Notes under the pieces: model-generated
Seen by the model: the letters and a program-made list of their open reading frames with translations, nothing else
Databases searched by the model: none
What the model was told of the DNA's origin: nothing
Shown: piece by piece, positions 1 to 10,232 of the stretch
Layout: each line of letters opens with the position of its first letter
How positions within the stretch are numbered: position 1 is the stretch's first letter
Translations under genes and position numbers: made by a program
Assembly (NCBI GenBank): GCA_963714015.1
Contig: OY970223.1
Coordinates: 1,312,001-1,376,000, forward strand
Source: Vulcanimicrobiota bacterium
GTDB taxonomy: Bacteria; Vulcanimicrobiota; Vulcanimicrobiia; Vulcanimicrobiales; Vulcanimicrobiaceae
DNA: 64,000 nt
Reading direction: 5' to 3'

Positions 1-476
1 CCCGTTTTGCATTCGAGGAACTGCGCAAAAGCCGCGGCTGCGTGCTCAACATCATTGCAACGTACGCCTGGAGCGGTGAGCCCGGCGCAGTCCATTCGGC
101 GTGCGCGAAGGCGGGTGTGCTCGCAATGACTCGTACGCTCGCCGCGGAGTGGGGCCAGTTCGGGATTCGTCTGAACGCGATCGCACCCGGTCCGATTCAC
201 ACCGAAGGGACGGACAAGAATCTCTGGAGCGTCGGAGACGTCGACAAGATCATTGCCCGGCAAATTCCGCTCGGGCGCCTCGGGGAGCCCGCGGACGTTT
301 CGCGCGCCGCCCTTTGGCTTTGTTCCAGTGAGGCTTCCTGGATTAGCGGCGTCGCGCTGCCTGTCGACGGCGCGCACTGGCTGCATGGCGGGACCCTGAA
401 TTTCCGGGCTGCATACGACCGGTTAAGCGCGAGCGCCGAGGCAAAAGCAATAGACGAAGGCGGCCTGCGGCGATAG
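1..476 (+). CDS. SDR family oxidoreductase (2,4-dienoyl-CoA reductase-like), 5'-truncated by window
   Basis: HSACAKAG active-site variant, GIRLNAIAPGPI, PLGRLG, WISG..L.VDG C-terminal SDR motifs. Confidence 0.8.
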   Translation, partial: RFAFEELRKSRGCVLNIIATYAWSGEPGAVHSACAKAGVLAMTRTLAAEWGQFGIRLNAIAPGPIHTEGTDKNLWSVGDVDKIIARQIPLGRLGEPADVSRAALWLCSSEASWISGVALPVDGAHWLHGGTLNFRAAYDRLSASAEAKAIDEGGLRR

Positions 477-485
477 ACTGGGGCG

Positions 486-917
486 ATGGACAGCAAGACC
501 GCGAGTTGGCAGTGGGATAAGGAAAAATCGCACTTCGTCGAGCTCCTCGACCTCAAGCTCGACAGCGTCTCGCGCGGACGCGCGGTGATGCGCATGCCGT
601 ACCGACCGGAGATCTCCAACGGAACGGGCGCCGTGCACGGAGGCGCGATCGTGAGCCTTTGCGACACTTGTTTCTACGTCGCGCTTGCTTCGATATACGG
701 ACGCGAGCAAGACACCACAACGGTCGCGCTGCAATGCAATTTTTTGGCACCGGCAGTACCGCCTAATGATTTGGTAGCGGAAGCGACCGTGCTCAAGGCT
801 GGGCGGCGCGTGGTCTACGGTGAAGTGCAGGTGCGAAGCGGCGAGAAGATGGTTGCTCACGCTACGCTGAATTTCCTGAACACGTATCCCGAGGAGAAGC
901 CGAAAAAGACCTCATGA
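486..917 (+). CDS. PaaI family hotdog-fold thioesterase
   Basis: N..G.VHGG...SL.D motif, 143 aa. Confidence 0.85.
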   Translation: MDSKTASWQWDKEKSHFVELLDLKLDSVSRGRAVMRMPYRPEISNGTGAVHGGAIVSLCDTCFYVALASIYGREQDTTTVALQCNFLAPAVPPNDLVAEATVLKAGRRVVYGEVQVRSGEKMVAHATLNFLNTYPEEKPKKTS

Positions 918-2020
918 CGCTCGAACGAACGGCGGCAAAACGGACTGCGCTCTATGACGAGCACGAGCGCCTGGGCGCCCGGATGATTCCGTTCGGCGGC
1001 TTCGACATGCCCGTGCAGTATGCGAGCATTCTCAAAGAACACGGAGCAGTGCGTCATCGCGCCGGTCTCTTCGATCTTTCGCACATGGCGCAGTTCGTGC
1101 TGGAAGGCGATCGCGTTGCGGAGTGGGCCGACGAACTCACCGTGAACGCCGTCGCGACGATGAAGCCGTACCAGGCGCGCTACAACATCTTCACCAACGA
1201 ATCGGGCGGCGCCCTCGACGACGTCATCTTTTACCGTTTGCCGGATCGCTGGCTTTTGGTCGTCAATGCGGGAAACGCAGCCAAGATGTGGGAGTACTTG
1301 AACGCGCAAGCGGCTCCGGGCGTGAAGCTCACGAGTTTGCACGGCAGCAACGCGCTCATCGCAATTCAAGGCCCAAAGTCGGTACAAATGCTTGCGGCGC
1401 ATACCGACGTCGATATCCAAGCGCTCAAATATTACTTTTGCGCGCAGGGAACCGTGTACGGCAAGAAAGCAGTCATTGCGCGTACCGGCTATACGGGTGA
1501 AGATGGATTTGAACTGTTCGTCGACGGTTCCGACGCCGCTTCGATTTGGAACGCGCTGCTGACCGACAACGCCGGCGGAGGTTTGATCGCCGCCGGTTTG
1601 GGAGCGCGCGACGTTCTGCGTCTCGAGGCGGGAATGCCCCTGTACGGTCACGAGCTCACGGAAGAGATTACGCCGCTGCAGGCGGGCCTGAGTTGGGCGG
1701 TCAAGCTCGGGAAGCCGAAATTCACCGGAAAAGACGTGCTCGAGAAGCAAAAAGAGTCGGACGAGTTCACGCGGATCGCGGGCATCGTAATGGACGGTCG
1801 CGCGCCCGCGCGCGAGGGCTACCACGTGTTCTTGGGCGATCGCCGCGTCGGCGAGATTCGCAGTGGTTCGGTCGCGCCTTCGGTCGAAAACAAAAGCATT
1901 GCCACTGCCCTCGTCGAGAAAGAGGCTGCAGCTCCGGGAACCTCGCTGGTGGTTCATATCCGAGGCACCGCGTATGGCGCTATGGTGCAGCCGCTACCAT
2001 TCTATAAAAGGAGTACCTAA
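914..2020 (+). CDS. gcvT: Glycine cleavage system aminomethyltransferase T
   Basis: [36 protein letters not shown] motifs. Confidence 0.97.
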   Translation: MTLERTAAKRTALYDEHERLGARMIPFGGFDMPVQYASILKEHGAVRHRAGLFDLSHMAQFVLEGDRVAEWADELTVNAVATMKPYQARYNIFTNESGGALDDVIFYRLPDRWLLVVNAGNAAKMWEYLNAQAAPGVKLTSLHGSNALIAIQGPKSVQMLAAHTDVDIQALKYYFCAQGTVYGKKAVIARTGYTGEDGFELFVDGSDAASIWNALLTDNAGGGLIAAGLGARDVLRLEAGMPLYGHELTEEITPLQAGLSWAVKLGKPKFTGKDVLEKQKESDEFTRIAGIVMDGRAPAREGYHVFLGDRRVGEIRSGSVAPSVENKSIATALVEKEAAAPGTSLVVHIRGTAYGAMVQPLPFYKRST

Positions 2021-2397
2021 TTGGCGCAGCCGGCTGATCTCTTGTACAGCAAAGAGCACGAATGGGTCAGAATCGAGGGCGATACGGCGACGGTCGGAAT
2101 CACCGACTACGCGCAAAACTCGCTGGGCGACATCGTTTACGTCGAACTGCCGAAGGTAGGCGCAAGTGTCGCTCCCGCGGGAAGCGTCGGCGTCGTCGAG
2201 TCCGTGAAAGCGGTGTCGGACCTCTTCACACCGGTCGGCGGTGAAGTAACGGAGATCAACTCCGCGCTCGACAACGATCCCGCGCTGGTCAATCGCGAAC
2301 CGTTTGCGGGCGGATGGATGTTCAAGATCAAGCTCGCGGGCCCGGCGCCGCCCATCTTCTTTCACCCGATCAATACGACGCGTTAACGGCTGAGTAA
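2021..2397 (+). CDS. gcvH: Glycine cleavage system H protein (apparent frameshift near 2350; C-terminus [14 protein letters not shown] in another frame)
   Basis: YSKEHEW, GITDYAQ, VESVKA lipoyl-lysine motif. Confidence 0.95.
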
Positions 2398-2430
2398 GCA
2401 AAGCATGCGGCACGGCCGGAGCGCCTTTTA

Positions 2431-3794
2431 ATGTATACACCCCATACGGAGCGTGACGTCGCGCAAATGCTCGAAGCGATCGGCGTTCCGTCGCTCGAGA
2501 AGCTTCTCGAGGTTCCCGACGCGGTAAAGCTTCGCGAGAAGCTCGAGATCGTGCCCGCCCTTTCCGAATCGGACATCGTGCGCAGGTTCGAACATTTCGC
2601 GCAAAAGAACTCCGCTGCGTCGTTCAGGTCCTTTTTGGGTGCCGGATCGTACCGGCATTACGCCCCGCCTGCAATTAGCGCGCTCGCTATGCGTGGTGAG
2701 TTTCTGACGGCGTATACCCCATATCAGGCCGAAGTATCGCAGGGGTATCTTCAAGCGATTTACGAGTGGCAGACGTACATCTGTCTTTTAACGGGACTCG
2801 ATATCGCGAACGCCTCGGTCTACGACGGCGCCACAGCGCTCGCCGAGGCAGCCATCATGGGGATCAACGCCAATGGCCGCAAGAAAGTGCTCGTTTCGCG
2901 CGCGATTCATCCGAACTACCGGGCCGTGCTCAAGACGTACTGCGACGGATTGGAAGTAGAGATCGACGAGCTTCCAATCGGCCGCGACGGAACGACCGAT
3001 CTCCGAAGCGTGAGCGAAAGACTGGCCGGCAAAGAGTACGCCTGCATCAGCTTTGCAGTCGCCCAATTTTTTCGGGAACGTCGACACAGCGGACGACGGC
3101 GTACAAGCGGCCGCGCGCGAGAGCGGAACAGTGCTGGTCGGGGTCGTCGCTGAAGCACTCTCCCTTGCGGCGCTGCAGGCTCCGGCGGCTTGGGGCGCCC
3201 AGATTGTGGCGGGCGAGGCGCAGAGCTTCGGCGTCCCGGTCGCTTACGGGGGCCCTTATGCCGGCTTCATCGCTTCGAGCAACGAACACATGCGCCGCAT
3301 TCCGGGACGTCTGGTCGGCAAGACGCTCGACGTGCACGGAAACGAAGCGTACGTTCTTACTCTCCAAGCTCGCGAGCAGCATATCCGCCGCGAGCGCGCC
3401 ACTTCGAACATTTGCACGAATCAGGCGCACTGTGCGCTGATCGCTACCATCTACCTTGCGCTCATGGGCAAGACCGGGTTGCGCGACGTTGCATCGGCCA
3501 ATCTCGCCCGCTCGCGTCGAGCTCGCCTCACGCGTCGGCTCGATTCCCGGGTGCTCGCTGCAGTTCGAGGCGCCGTTCTTCAACGAGATCGTCGTCAACG
3601 TGCGGCAACCGGCTGCGCCCGTGCTCGCAAAACTCCACGACCGAGGCATTTTGGGCGGCGTGGATCTCGGCCGCTTCTATCCCGAATACTCCGAGTGCAT
3701 TTTAATGTGTGCGACCGAGCTCACCTCGAGCGCCGACATCGAGGCGCTTGCTGCTGCTCTGTACGAGGTCTGTAATGTCCCGGCTCGCGTCTGA
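2431..3794 (+). CDS. gcvPA: Glycine dehydrogenase subunit 1 (two apparent frameshifts near 3053 and 3510)
   Basis: FLTAYTPYQAEVSQG, NASVYDGATA, QSPNFFG, LQAREQHIRRERATSNICTN spread over three frames. Confidence 0.93.
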
Positions 3795-5289
3795 TCATAC
3801 CGCCTCGCCGCTGATCTTCGAACAGGGCGAAGACGGGCGCGCGAACCGCTACGTCGATCGCGGCGCGCCGCTCACCGATTTTCTTCCGGATTCGGTGCTT
3901 CGAGACGAGTTGCCGCTGCCCGACAACAGCGAACTCGACGTGGTGCGGCACTTCACGCGTCTCTCCCAGCGAACGTTCGGGATCGACGTCGGATTTTATC
4001 CGCTGGGCTCGTGCACGATGAAGTACAACCCGCGAGTGAATGATGCCATGGCAAACCTGCCGGCCCTTCGCGACCTGCATCCCTACGCGCCCGATCGACT
4101 GGCTCAGGGCGCGCTCCAGATCATGTGGGAGCTCGAGCGCAGTCTCTGCTCGCTCTTCGGAATGGCTGCATTCTCGCTTAACCCATCGGCGGGAGCGCAT
4201 GCGGAACTCGCGGCGCTGCTCATTGCAAAGGCGTACTTCAAGGACGGCGGAGAAATTCGGCGCGACAAGGTTATCGTGCCCGACACCGCGCATGGCACGA
4301 ATCCCGCATCTGCCGCGATGTGCGGCTTCAAAGTGATCTCGCTCAAGAGCGACGAGCGCGGACGCGTCAGCGTAGACGAACTGAAGAAGGTCATCGGTCC
4401 CGATACCGCGGTGTGCATGATGACCAATCCCAATACGCTGGGATTGTTTGAGGACCACATCGCCGAGATCGCGCAAGCGGTTCATGCCGTCGGCGGCTTG
4501 ATGTATTACGACGGCGCCAATGCGAACGCGCTGATGGGCAACGCGCGCCCGGGCGACATGGGCTTCGACCTCATGCATCTGAACACGCACAAAACGTTCA
4601 CCATTCCGCATGGCGGCGGAGGCGCGGGCCATGGTCCGGTCGGCGTTGCCGCGCACTTGGTGGACTATCTGCCGACTCCGTACGTTCGCGCCGAACAAAA
4701 AGCGGATGGAGCGCCGGACGCGGCGCCCAGCGACCGATTGACGTTCAGCCTCGACTTCGATCGTCCTAAATCGATCGGGCCGATGCGCTCGTTCTGGTCC
4801 AACTTCGCGCATTGCGTTCGCGCCTTGGCATACATCTACGCAAACGGTGCGGAAGGTCTGACGAAAGTCTCGCAGCTGGCGGTTCTCAACGCAAATTACT
4901 TACGCGTGAAGATCGGCGAGTTTCTCGAAACTCCCTATGACGAAGTCTGCCGGCACGAATTCGTCGCTTCGGCGCAGGGCCTAAAGAAAGATACCGGCGT
5001 TCGGGCGCTGGACATTGCCAAAGCGCTGCTGGATCGCGGCTTCATGGCGCCCACGATGTATTTCCCGCTCATCGTTCCGGAATGCCTGATGATAGAACCG
5101 ACCGAGACGGAATCCAAGGAGACTCTCGACAAGTTCGTCGACGCACTGCGTGAGATCGTTCAGACCGCGCGCGTAAATGCCGACGAAATTCTTTCGGCTC
5201 CGCGCTACACGGTCGTCGGGCGCCTGGACGAGACGCGCGCCGCGCGTCAGCCCAATCTGCGCTGGAAGCCGAAGACGGATCTTCCCTAA
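3775..5289 (+). CDS. gcvPB: Glycine dehydrogenase subunit 2
   Basis: FYPLGSCTMKYNP, AHGTNPASA, HLNTHKTF..PHGGGG, MIEPTETES. Confidence 0.97.
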   Translation: MSRLASDHTASPLIFEQGEDGRANRYVDRGAPLTDFLPDSVLRDELPLPDNSELDVVRHFTRLSQRTFGIDVGFYPLGSCTMKYNPRVNDAMANLPALRDLHPYAPDRLAQGALQIMWELERSLCSLFGMAAFSLNPSAGAHAELAALLIAKAYFKDGGEIRRDKVIVPDTAHGTNPASAAMCGFKVISLKSDERGRVSVDELKKVIGPDTAVCMMTNPNTLGLFEDHIAEIAQAVHAVGGLMYYDGANANALMGNARPGDMGFDLMHLNTHKTFTIPHGGGGAGHGPVGVAAHLVDYLPTPYVRAEQKADGAPDAAPSDRLTFSLDFDRPKSIGPMRSFWSNFAHCVRALAYIYANGAEGLTKVSQLAVLNANYLRVKIGEFLETPYDEVCRHEFVASAQGLKKDTGVRALDIAKALLDRGFMAPTMYFPLIVPECLMIEPTETESKETLDKFVDALREIVQTARVNADEILSAPRYTVVGRLDETRAARQPNLRWKPKTDLP

Positions 5290-5312
5290 CGCGTTCGGCC
5301 GGCGTTCTTTCG

Positions 5313-5743
5313 TCAGCGCGTCGTGAAAGTGCCGATGGTCTGGACGCTCGGGTAGCACGGACTCGGCGGAAAGGTTTGCGAGATGGCGTACGTCGTTCGT
5401 GCTTCCAGCGCGGGAACCCGATATGCCGCGAGGAGGTCAGGCGACGGCACGTACGGCGTCCCGGTAGGCGTCGGTATGGGACTGGGCACCGGGGTAGGGG
5501 ATAGACCCGAACTCACGACGGTGGCTCCTTGCGTGAGCCGGACGGACGGAATCGCCTTGAATGTCAGGACGAGCGGAAAATTCCCGTCGGGAACGTCGGC
5601 CGCGCCGTTGGCCGGATAAACCATTTGCGGCGCGGCCGGTATGGCTATCATGCAGACGTCCGGACGGGTGCTTTGCGGCGCGCAGCCCTGAAAGCTGCGG
5701 TGGCCGCCGCCATACCGAGAATACCCCAAGCAATAGTACGCAA
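5313..5743 (-). CDS. Putative small Pro-rich lipoprotein (frameshift near 5692)
   Basis: GGAGGG SD, then TTG; MRTIAWGILGMAAATAA joins a QGC lipobox-like segment in a shifted frame; mature part PQMVYPANGA...GTFTTR. Confidence 0.55.
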
Positions 5744-5771
5744 TGCTGACCCTCCGGCTGATGGCCCTAGA

Positions 5772-5802
5772 CTAAAAAGGGCTATACGCAGCCCATATGA
5801 GC
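5772..5802 (-). promoter_or_regulatory. Shared 31-bp motif, copy A
   Basis: gctcatatgggctgcgtatagccctttttag on minus strand; 23/31 identical to 7405-7435. Confidence 0.55.
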
Positions 5803-5826
5803 CATTCCTGCCTTCGGCGTTGACGC

Positions 5827-7371
5827 TTAGTTTTGCGAGGCCCGCACGATGAGCTCGGGCCGCGACGTAACGCCGAAAACTTTGAAGATCGCTTTGATGT
5901 GGTTCCGAACGGTGAAGGTGCTGCGTCCGAGCTCCTTGGCGATTTGGGCCGTTCCGCGCCCGTCCATCAGCAGGTCGAACACCGCTCGCTGCGCCGGCGT
6001 AAGCCGGTCGAGCTGCGGCGACGCGCAGGCGCGGACCCGGACACGCGGTTCCGTGCCGGTCTCGCGGTCGCGCAGCATCCAGTGCGCGGATACGGCCTGA
6101 GCGCTTCGAGCGCTCTTGCGCGCCAGGAGTCCTCTTCGCCGAGCTTCGCCAGGGCCAATGCGGCGCGCGCTGCGCGCCAATAGATTCCCAGGCGCGCGTA
6201 GATCGCGTAAGCGCGCGAGAGAAGCCGCGTTGCTTCCTCGTTCTCACCGAGGGCCGCCTGAACTTTGCCCAGGGAGTATGCTTCAAGCGCCTCGACTCGG
6301 CGATCGTTCGCCGAAGAAAGGACCCGGGGATACTTGTTGCCCACACTTCGAAACGTTGCTGCATAGTTGATCGCGACGGACGGATCGCGCTCGGCAAACA
6401 TCTCCGCAAGGACGGGCAGCGCGAGCTTCTCTTCGCCCGCAACGGCGTTCCAATCGATCGTCGCGGCGAGCTCGTGAGCGTCGCGCAGCTCTTGCTCCGC
6501 CCAACGATATTCTCCGAGTGCTGCTGCCAGATATGCCCGATCGGTGAGTGCCGCCACGCGCCATGCGGCGGATCGAGTTACGGCTACGGCTTCCTTCAAA
6601 CGCCGAAAAGCGCTGAATTCATCGCCGTCCAACGCGTGGCGCCACGCGACTGCGCGCAAAGCATGAAAGTGAAAGTCGCTGATGTCGGCGGTCCAGCGCA
6701 CGCGGCCGATGTTTTGATTCGCGGCATCGCGCAGCTCGCTGCCCGGGAAGCTCGACGGCGAGCGCCGCGATGTGCGTCACCAGCATCGCGTGCAGGTATA
6801 CGTTGACGGGCGCGCCGCGAGTTCGCTGCAGAGCCTCGAGCAGAATAGCGCCTTGAGCGGGAAGATTCTCGGACGCCGATGCAATTGCGCCTTTGAGCAG
6901 GCTGGTCTGCAGCTGCATCTCCGGATCCGCATTCGCCGGAAACTCCGCGAGCACGGCAGATGCTTCATCCAGCCGGCGCTCGATCCACAGGTTTGCTGCG
7001 GTTTGGAAGATCAACTCGCCGTAAAGTGCGTCTTGGGGGCGTATGCCGGATCGCGCCTCTGCAAGTTGCGCCTGTGCGGATTCCGGGTCTCCAAGGCGCG
7101 CAAATGCGACGCCTTTGAGCAGTACGCTCTCTGCCTTATGCAGTCGCGAAAGCGCACCGCGAAGATGTCGCGTAAGAATCCCAAGCGCACCGGCCGGGTC
7201 CCCGCGACGCAACTCCACGCGAGCCGCAAGCAGAGCAGCCTCGGGCGTTTGCCGGCCGGATTCGAGCACTAGCGCTAGACGTTTGGCAGCAGACTCGAAT
7301 TGCGCGAGGTAAAACTCCTCACGCGCCAGCGCAACGTCATTTGCGGCCGGCAGGGCACGGTCGTTTTGCAT
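5827..7371 (-). CDS. TPR-like helical domain plus C-terminal LuxR HTH regulator (two apparent frameshifts, near 6745 and 6080)
   Basis: C-terminal LTPAQRAVFDLLMDGRGTAQIAKELGRSTFTVRNHIKAIF = LuxR HTH; upstream Ala/Leu-rich helical repeats in ORFs 6619-7371 and 5967-6701. Confidence 0.8.
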
Positions 7372-7404
7372 CGCGCGTTCGGCTTCGACGCGCTAGCGGG
7401 ACAA

Positions 7405-7435
7405 GCCCTTATGGACCGAGTATAGCCTTATTGAG
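7405..7435 (+). promoter_or_regulatory. Shared 31-bp motif, copy B
   Basis: gcccttatggaccgagtatagccttattgag, 16 nt upstream of ATG 7452. Confidence 0.55.
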
Positions 7436-7451
7436 CCACAAGGGAGCGCCG

Positions 7452-7734
7452 ATGCGGAAGTTGTTCTTTCTCCTGCTCTTATCCGGCATTATCGCGTCTG
7501 GCTGCTGCCTGCAATACGAACGGCGGAATTCCGGCTATTACGGGCGTGCCGACTTCTTCAAACAGTCCCAGCCCCAGCCCGAGCCCTTCAACCTCTCCGG
7601 GAAGCGGGCAGGCCCGAGTCGAGGCATGCGCGCGGTCGTCGACCGGTCACGTATCGACAAAAGCGCGGGCACTGACCACTTCGTGCACGAGCGAGGCTTT
7701 ACGATTTCCGAGGTTGTCGTGGCAGCGGCAGTGA
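7452..7734 (+). CDS. Putative small lipoprotein with Ser-Pro repeat (probable frameshift near 7505)
   Basis: MRKLFFLLLLSGIIASGC lipobox; continuation CNTNGGIPAITGVPTSSNSPSPSPSPST in shifted frame. Confidence 0.5.
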
Positions 7735-8193
7735 TGGCGTTGATGGCTGCGGCCGGCTTTGGCATGAGCCTCTCAGCGCATCCGGCAGCGATGCAGGACG
7801 GCCGCTACACAGTTCGATGCTGCGATGGCGGATGCGCGATCGCTGGCCGCAGCCGGCGATAACGGTGCGACGGTCGTCCTCTCCGGCAGTTTCATGATGG
7901 TCTATTCCGGGCGGCCTACCGCCGCCGGCGCCCTGAGATCTGCGGGGTTCGCGCCCATGCCGATCGCCGGTGTCACGGTGCGCGAGGCGACCGCCGGGCC
8001 GGCTCCGCTGGCAATCTTCGTGGATGCCGGTGGCCACGTGACGGCAGCGCGTTTTTCCGGGGCGACTCCGCCTCCGCTTACTCAAGAACCGGACTGTCCG
8101 CCCTCGGGCCGATGGGTCTTTACGCTGCAAGACGGTCGTGCGCAAGAGAGCCGATCGTTCGCTTGCAACGAGCCGGTTTCCGGAGGGCCATAA
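7683..8193 (+). CDS. Type IV pilin/pseudopilin-like protein (frameshift near 7800)
   Basis: MHERG|FTISEVVVAAAVMALMAAAGF class III signal with E5; C-terminal Cys pair (DCPP...FACN). Confidence 0.6.
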
Positions 8194-8304
8194 AGCGGTT
8201 CCTAAGGGAAAGGGTGGCGACGCTTCTTGGGGCCGTCCGGTATAATCGAAGTAATCAGAGGCGACCCGTCTTGGGGCGCCTTTCCGGTCCTCAGGGGCTT
8301 CGAA

Positions 8305-8781
8305 ATGCGAATCAAATACGAGGTTTCGGCTGGTGGCCTTGTGCTGCGCCGGCGCGAGTCGACGTACGATGCTTTGCTCATCGGACGCGGCACCCCGCGT
8401 GTTTGGACGCTGCCCAAGGGTCATGTCGAACCCAAAGAGTCGCACGAGCAGGCCGCCCTTCGCGAAGTCCGCGAGGAGACCGGCTGCTGGGCGGAACTGA
8501 TAACGAAACTGAATGATATTTCTTACTGGTTCTACCTGAACCGCGCCAAGCACAAGAAATCGGTGACGTTTTACCTGATGCGCTACCTCTCGGGCGACAC
8601 GGCTAACCACGATCATGAAGTGGACGAAGCCCGGTGGTTCGACGTCGCCGCAGCGAAGAAGGCGCTGAAGTACGTCAACGAAAAGCGCCTCATCGATTTG
8701 GGCTTGGATTATCTGATGGCGAACCCGAGCGCGTTCGGCGACGTCGGCGTCACAAGGGTGGCCGAACAGAGAACCTCTTGA
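8305..8781 (+). CDS. NUDIX hydrolase (Ap4A hydrolase-like)
   Basis: LPKGHVEPKESHEQAALREVREETG Nudix box; TATAAT at 8241-8246 upstream. Confidence 0.92.
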   Translation: MRIKYEVSAGGLVLRRRESTYDALLIGRGTPRVWTLPKGHVEPKESHEQAALREVREETGCWAELITKLNDISYWFYLNRAKHKKSVTFYLMRYLSGDTANHDHEVDEARWFDVAAAKKALKYVNEKRLIDLGLDYLMANPSAFGDVGVTRVAEQRTS

Positions 8782-9500
8782 ACGCCTCGGAATCTCTGCG
8801 GGTCAGCGTCGAGGTTTTCGACGGACCGCTCGACCTGCTTCTCAGTTTGGTCAAAGAACGCCAACTGGACATTGCTACCGTTCCGCTCGCTATCGTCGCG
8901 GAGCAATATTTGGCATACGTTTCCATGATGGAATCGCTGGACGTCGAGGTTGCGGCAGAATATTTGGTCATCGCCGCCACGCTCGTATTCTTGAAGTCAA
9001 AGGCATTGCTGCCGCCGATTCCCAGTGAGTTCCAGGACGAAGAAGCCGAGACGCCCGAGCAGGTCGAGGAGCGTCTGCGCCAGCGCCTGATCGCCTACTC
9101 CAAGTACCGCGAGGTCGGCGAAGATCTGCGCGCGCGCCAGTTGGAAGCGTCGTCTTATTTTTACCGCGACGCCGGCGATCCGGTCAGTGAACTGCGCCAG
9201 CGTTATCGCGTCGATCCGGAGAAACTCACCAGAGCGTTCATCGCGATGCTGCGCAGCGCTCGTCCCGAAAAACGAACGATTGCACGCGAGCGCCTTTCGC
9301 TTATGGCGTCCATGGACTATATCGCGCGCCGGGTCCGGGAAGAGGGTGAAGCCCATTTTTCCAAGCTCTGCCGGGAGCTGGGCATGGGTCGTGAATCGAT
9401 CATCGTCACGTTCCTGGCCATTTTGGAACTGATCCGCAGACATCGCGTCGGTTACGATCAACCCGAGCTTTTCGACGACATCCGCATCTTTGCATTATGA
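8778..9500 (+). CDS. scpA: Segregation and condensation protein A
   Basis: FDGPLDLLL, AAEYLVIAATLVFLKSKALLP, IVTFLAILEL. Confidence 0.95.
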   Translation: MNASESLRVSVEVFDGPLDLLLSLVKERQLDIATVPLAIVAEQYLAYVSMMESLDVEVAAEYLVIAATLVFLKSKALLPPIPSEFQDEEAETPEQVEERLRQRLIAYSKYREVGEDLRARQLEASSYFYRDAGDPVSELRQRYRVDPEKLTRAFIAMLRSARPEKRTIARERLSLMASMDYIARRVREEGEAHFSKLCRELGMGRESIIVTFLAILELIRRHRVGYDQPELFDDIRIFAL

Positions 9501-10114
9501 ACACCACAGACGAAATTCCGCTCGACTCGGAGGCGTTGGACTCAGCGGTAGAGCTCCTCAGGCGGCCTATCGAAGCGCTGCTCTTCGTCGCCGGCGAAGC
9601 ACTTACGATCAAACAGATCGCTAAGCTCACGCACGTACCGGAGACGCACGTTGCCGCCGCGCTTGCGCAGCTGGAGGCCGACTATGCCGATCGCGGCATC
9701 GTGCTGCGCGAGGTCGCCGGCGGTTACCGCTTTGCCAGTGCCCCGGCGGCACGTGAGATCGTCGAGGCGTACCTGATGCCGCCCAAATCCAACCTCTCCA
9801 CTCCCGCACTCGAAACATTGGCAATCGTTGCGTACATGCAGCCCGTAACGAAGAGCGAGATCGAGTCGATCCGCGGCGTCGCGTCGGACAGCGTCGTTTC
9901 TACGCTGCTGGACCGCACGCTCATAGCCGAGGCCGGGCGCAAAGACGTCGTCGGCCGTCCGATGCTCTACAAGACGACGCCGGAGTTCTTGGAATCGTTT
10001 GGACTGCGCTCGACCGACGATCTCCCGCCGATGGAACTCGAGCAGGGCCAACCGCTCGAACTCGATCTGCTCACCGCGAACATCACGGCCAACGCGCCGG
10101 AATCAGGAGAATGA
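9497..10114 (+). CDS. scpB: SMC-Scp complex subunit B
   Basis: IEALLF, ALETLAIVAY.QPVT, GRPMLYKTTPEFL. Confidence 0.95.
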   Translation: MNTTDEIPLDSEALDSAVELLRRPIEALLFVAGEALTIKQIAKLTHVPETHVAAALAQLEADYADRGIVLREVAGGYRFASAPAAREIVEAYLMPPKSNLSTPALETLAIVAYMQPVTKSEIESIRGVASDSVVSTLLDRTLIAEAGRKDVVGRPMLYKTTPEFLESFGLRSTDDLPPMELEQGQPLELDLLTANITANAPESGE

Positions 10115-10232
10115 AGGACGCCTCGGTTCCACCGGCAGAGGATTACGCCCGGCACCGGATCGGTTATTCTCCGTCCGACGATCGAGCTTTCGTACAGCCA
10201 CTTTTTCTACCTCGCGAATAAGCCTTAGCATA

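Noticed and set aside
477..914. Glycine riboswitch upstream of gcvT
   Set aside because: gcvT overlaps the PaaI gene; there is no intergenic space or aptamer motif.
8247..8302. Structured 5' leader of the NUDIX-scpAB operon
   Set aside because: The outer stem begins before the likely TSS; the remaining hairpin is unremarkable at this GC content.
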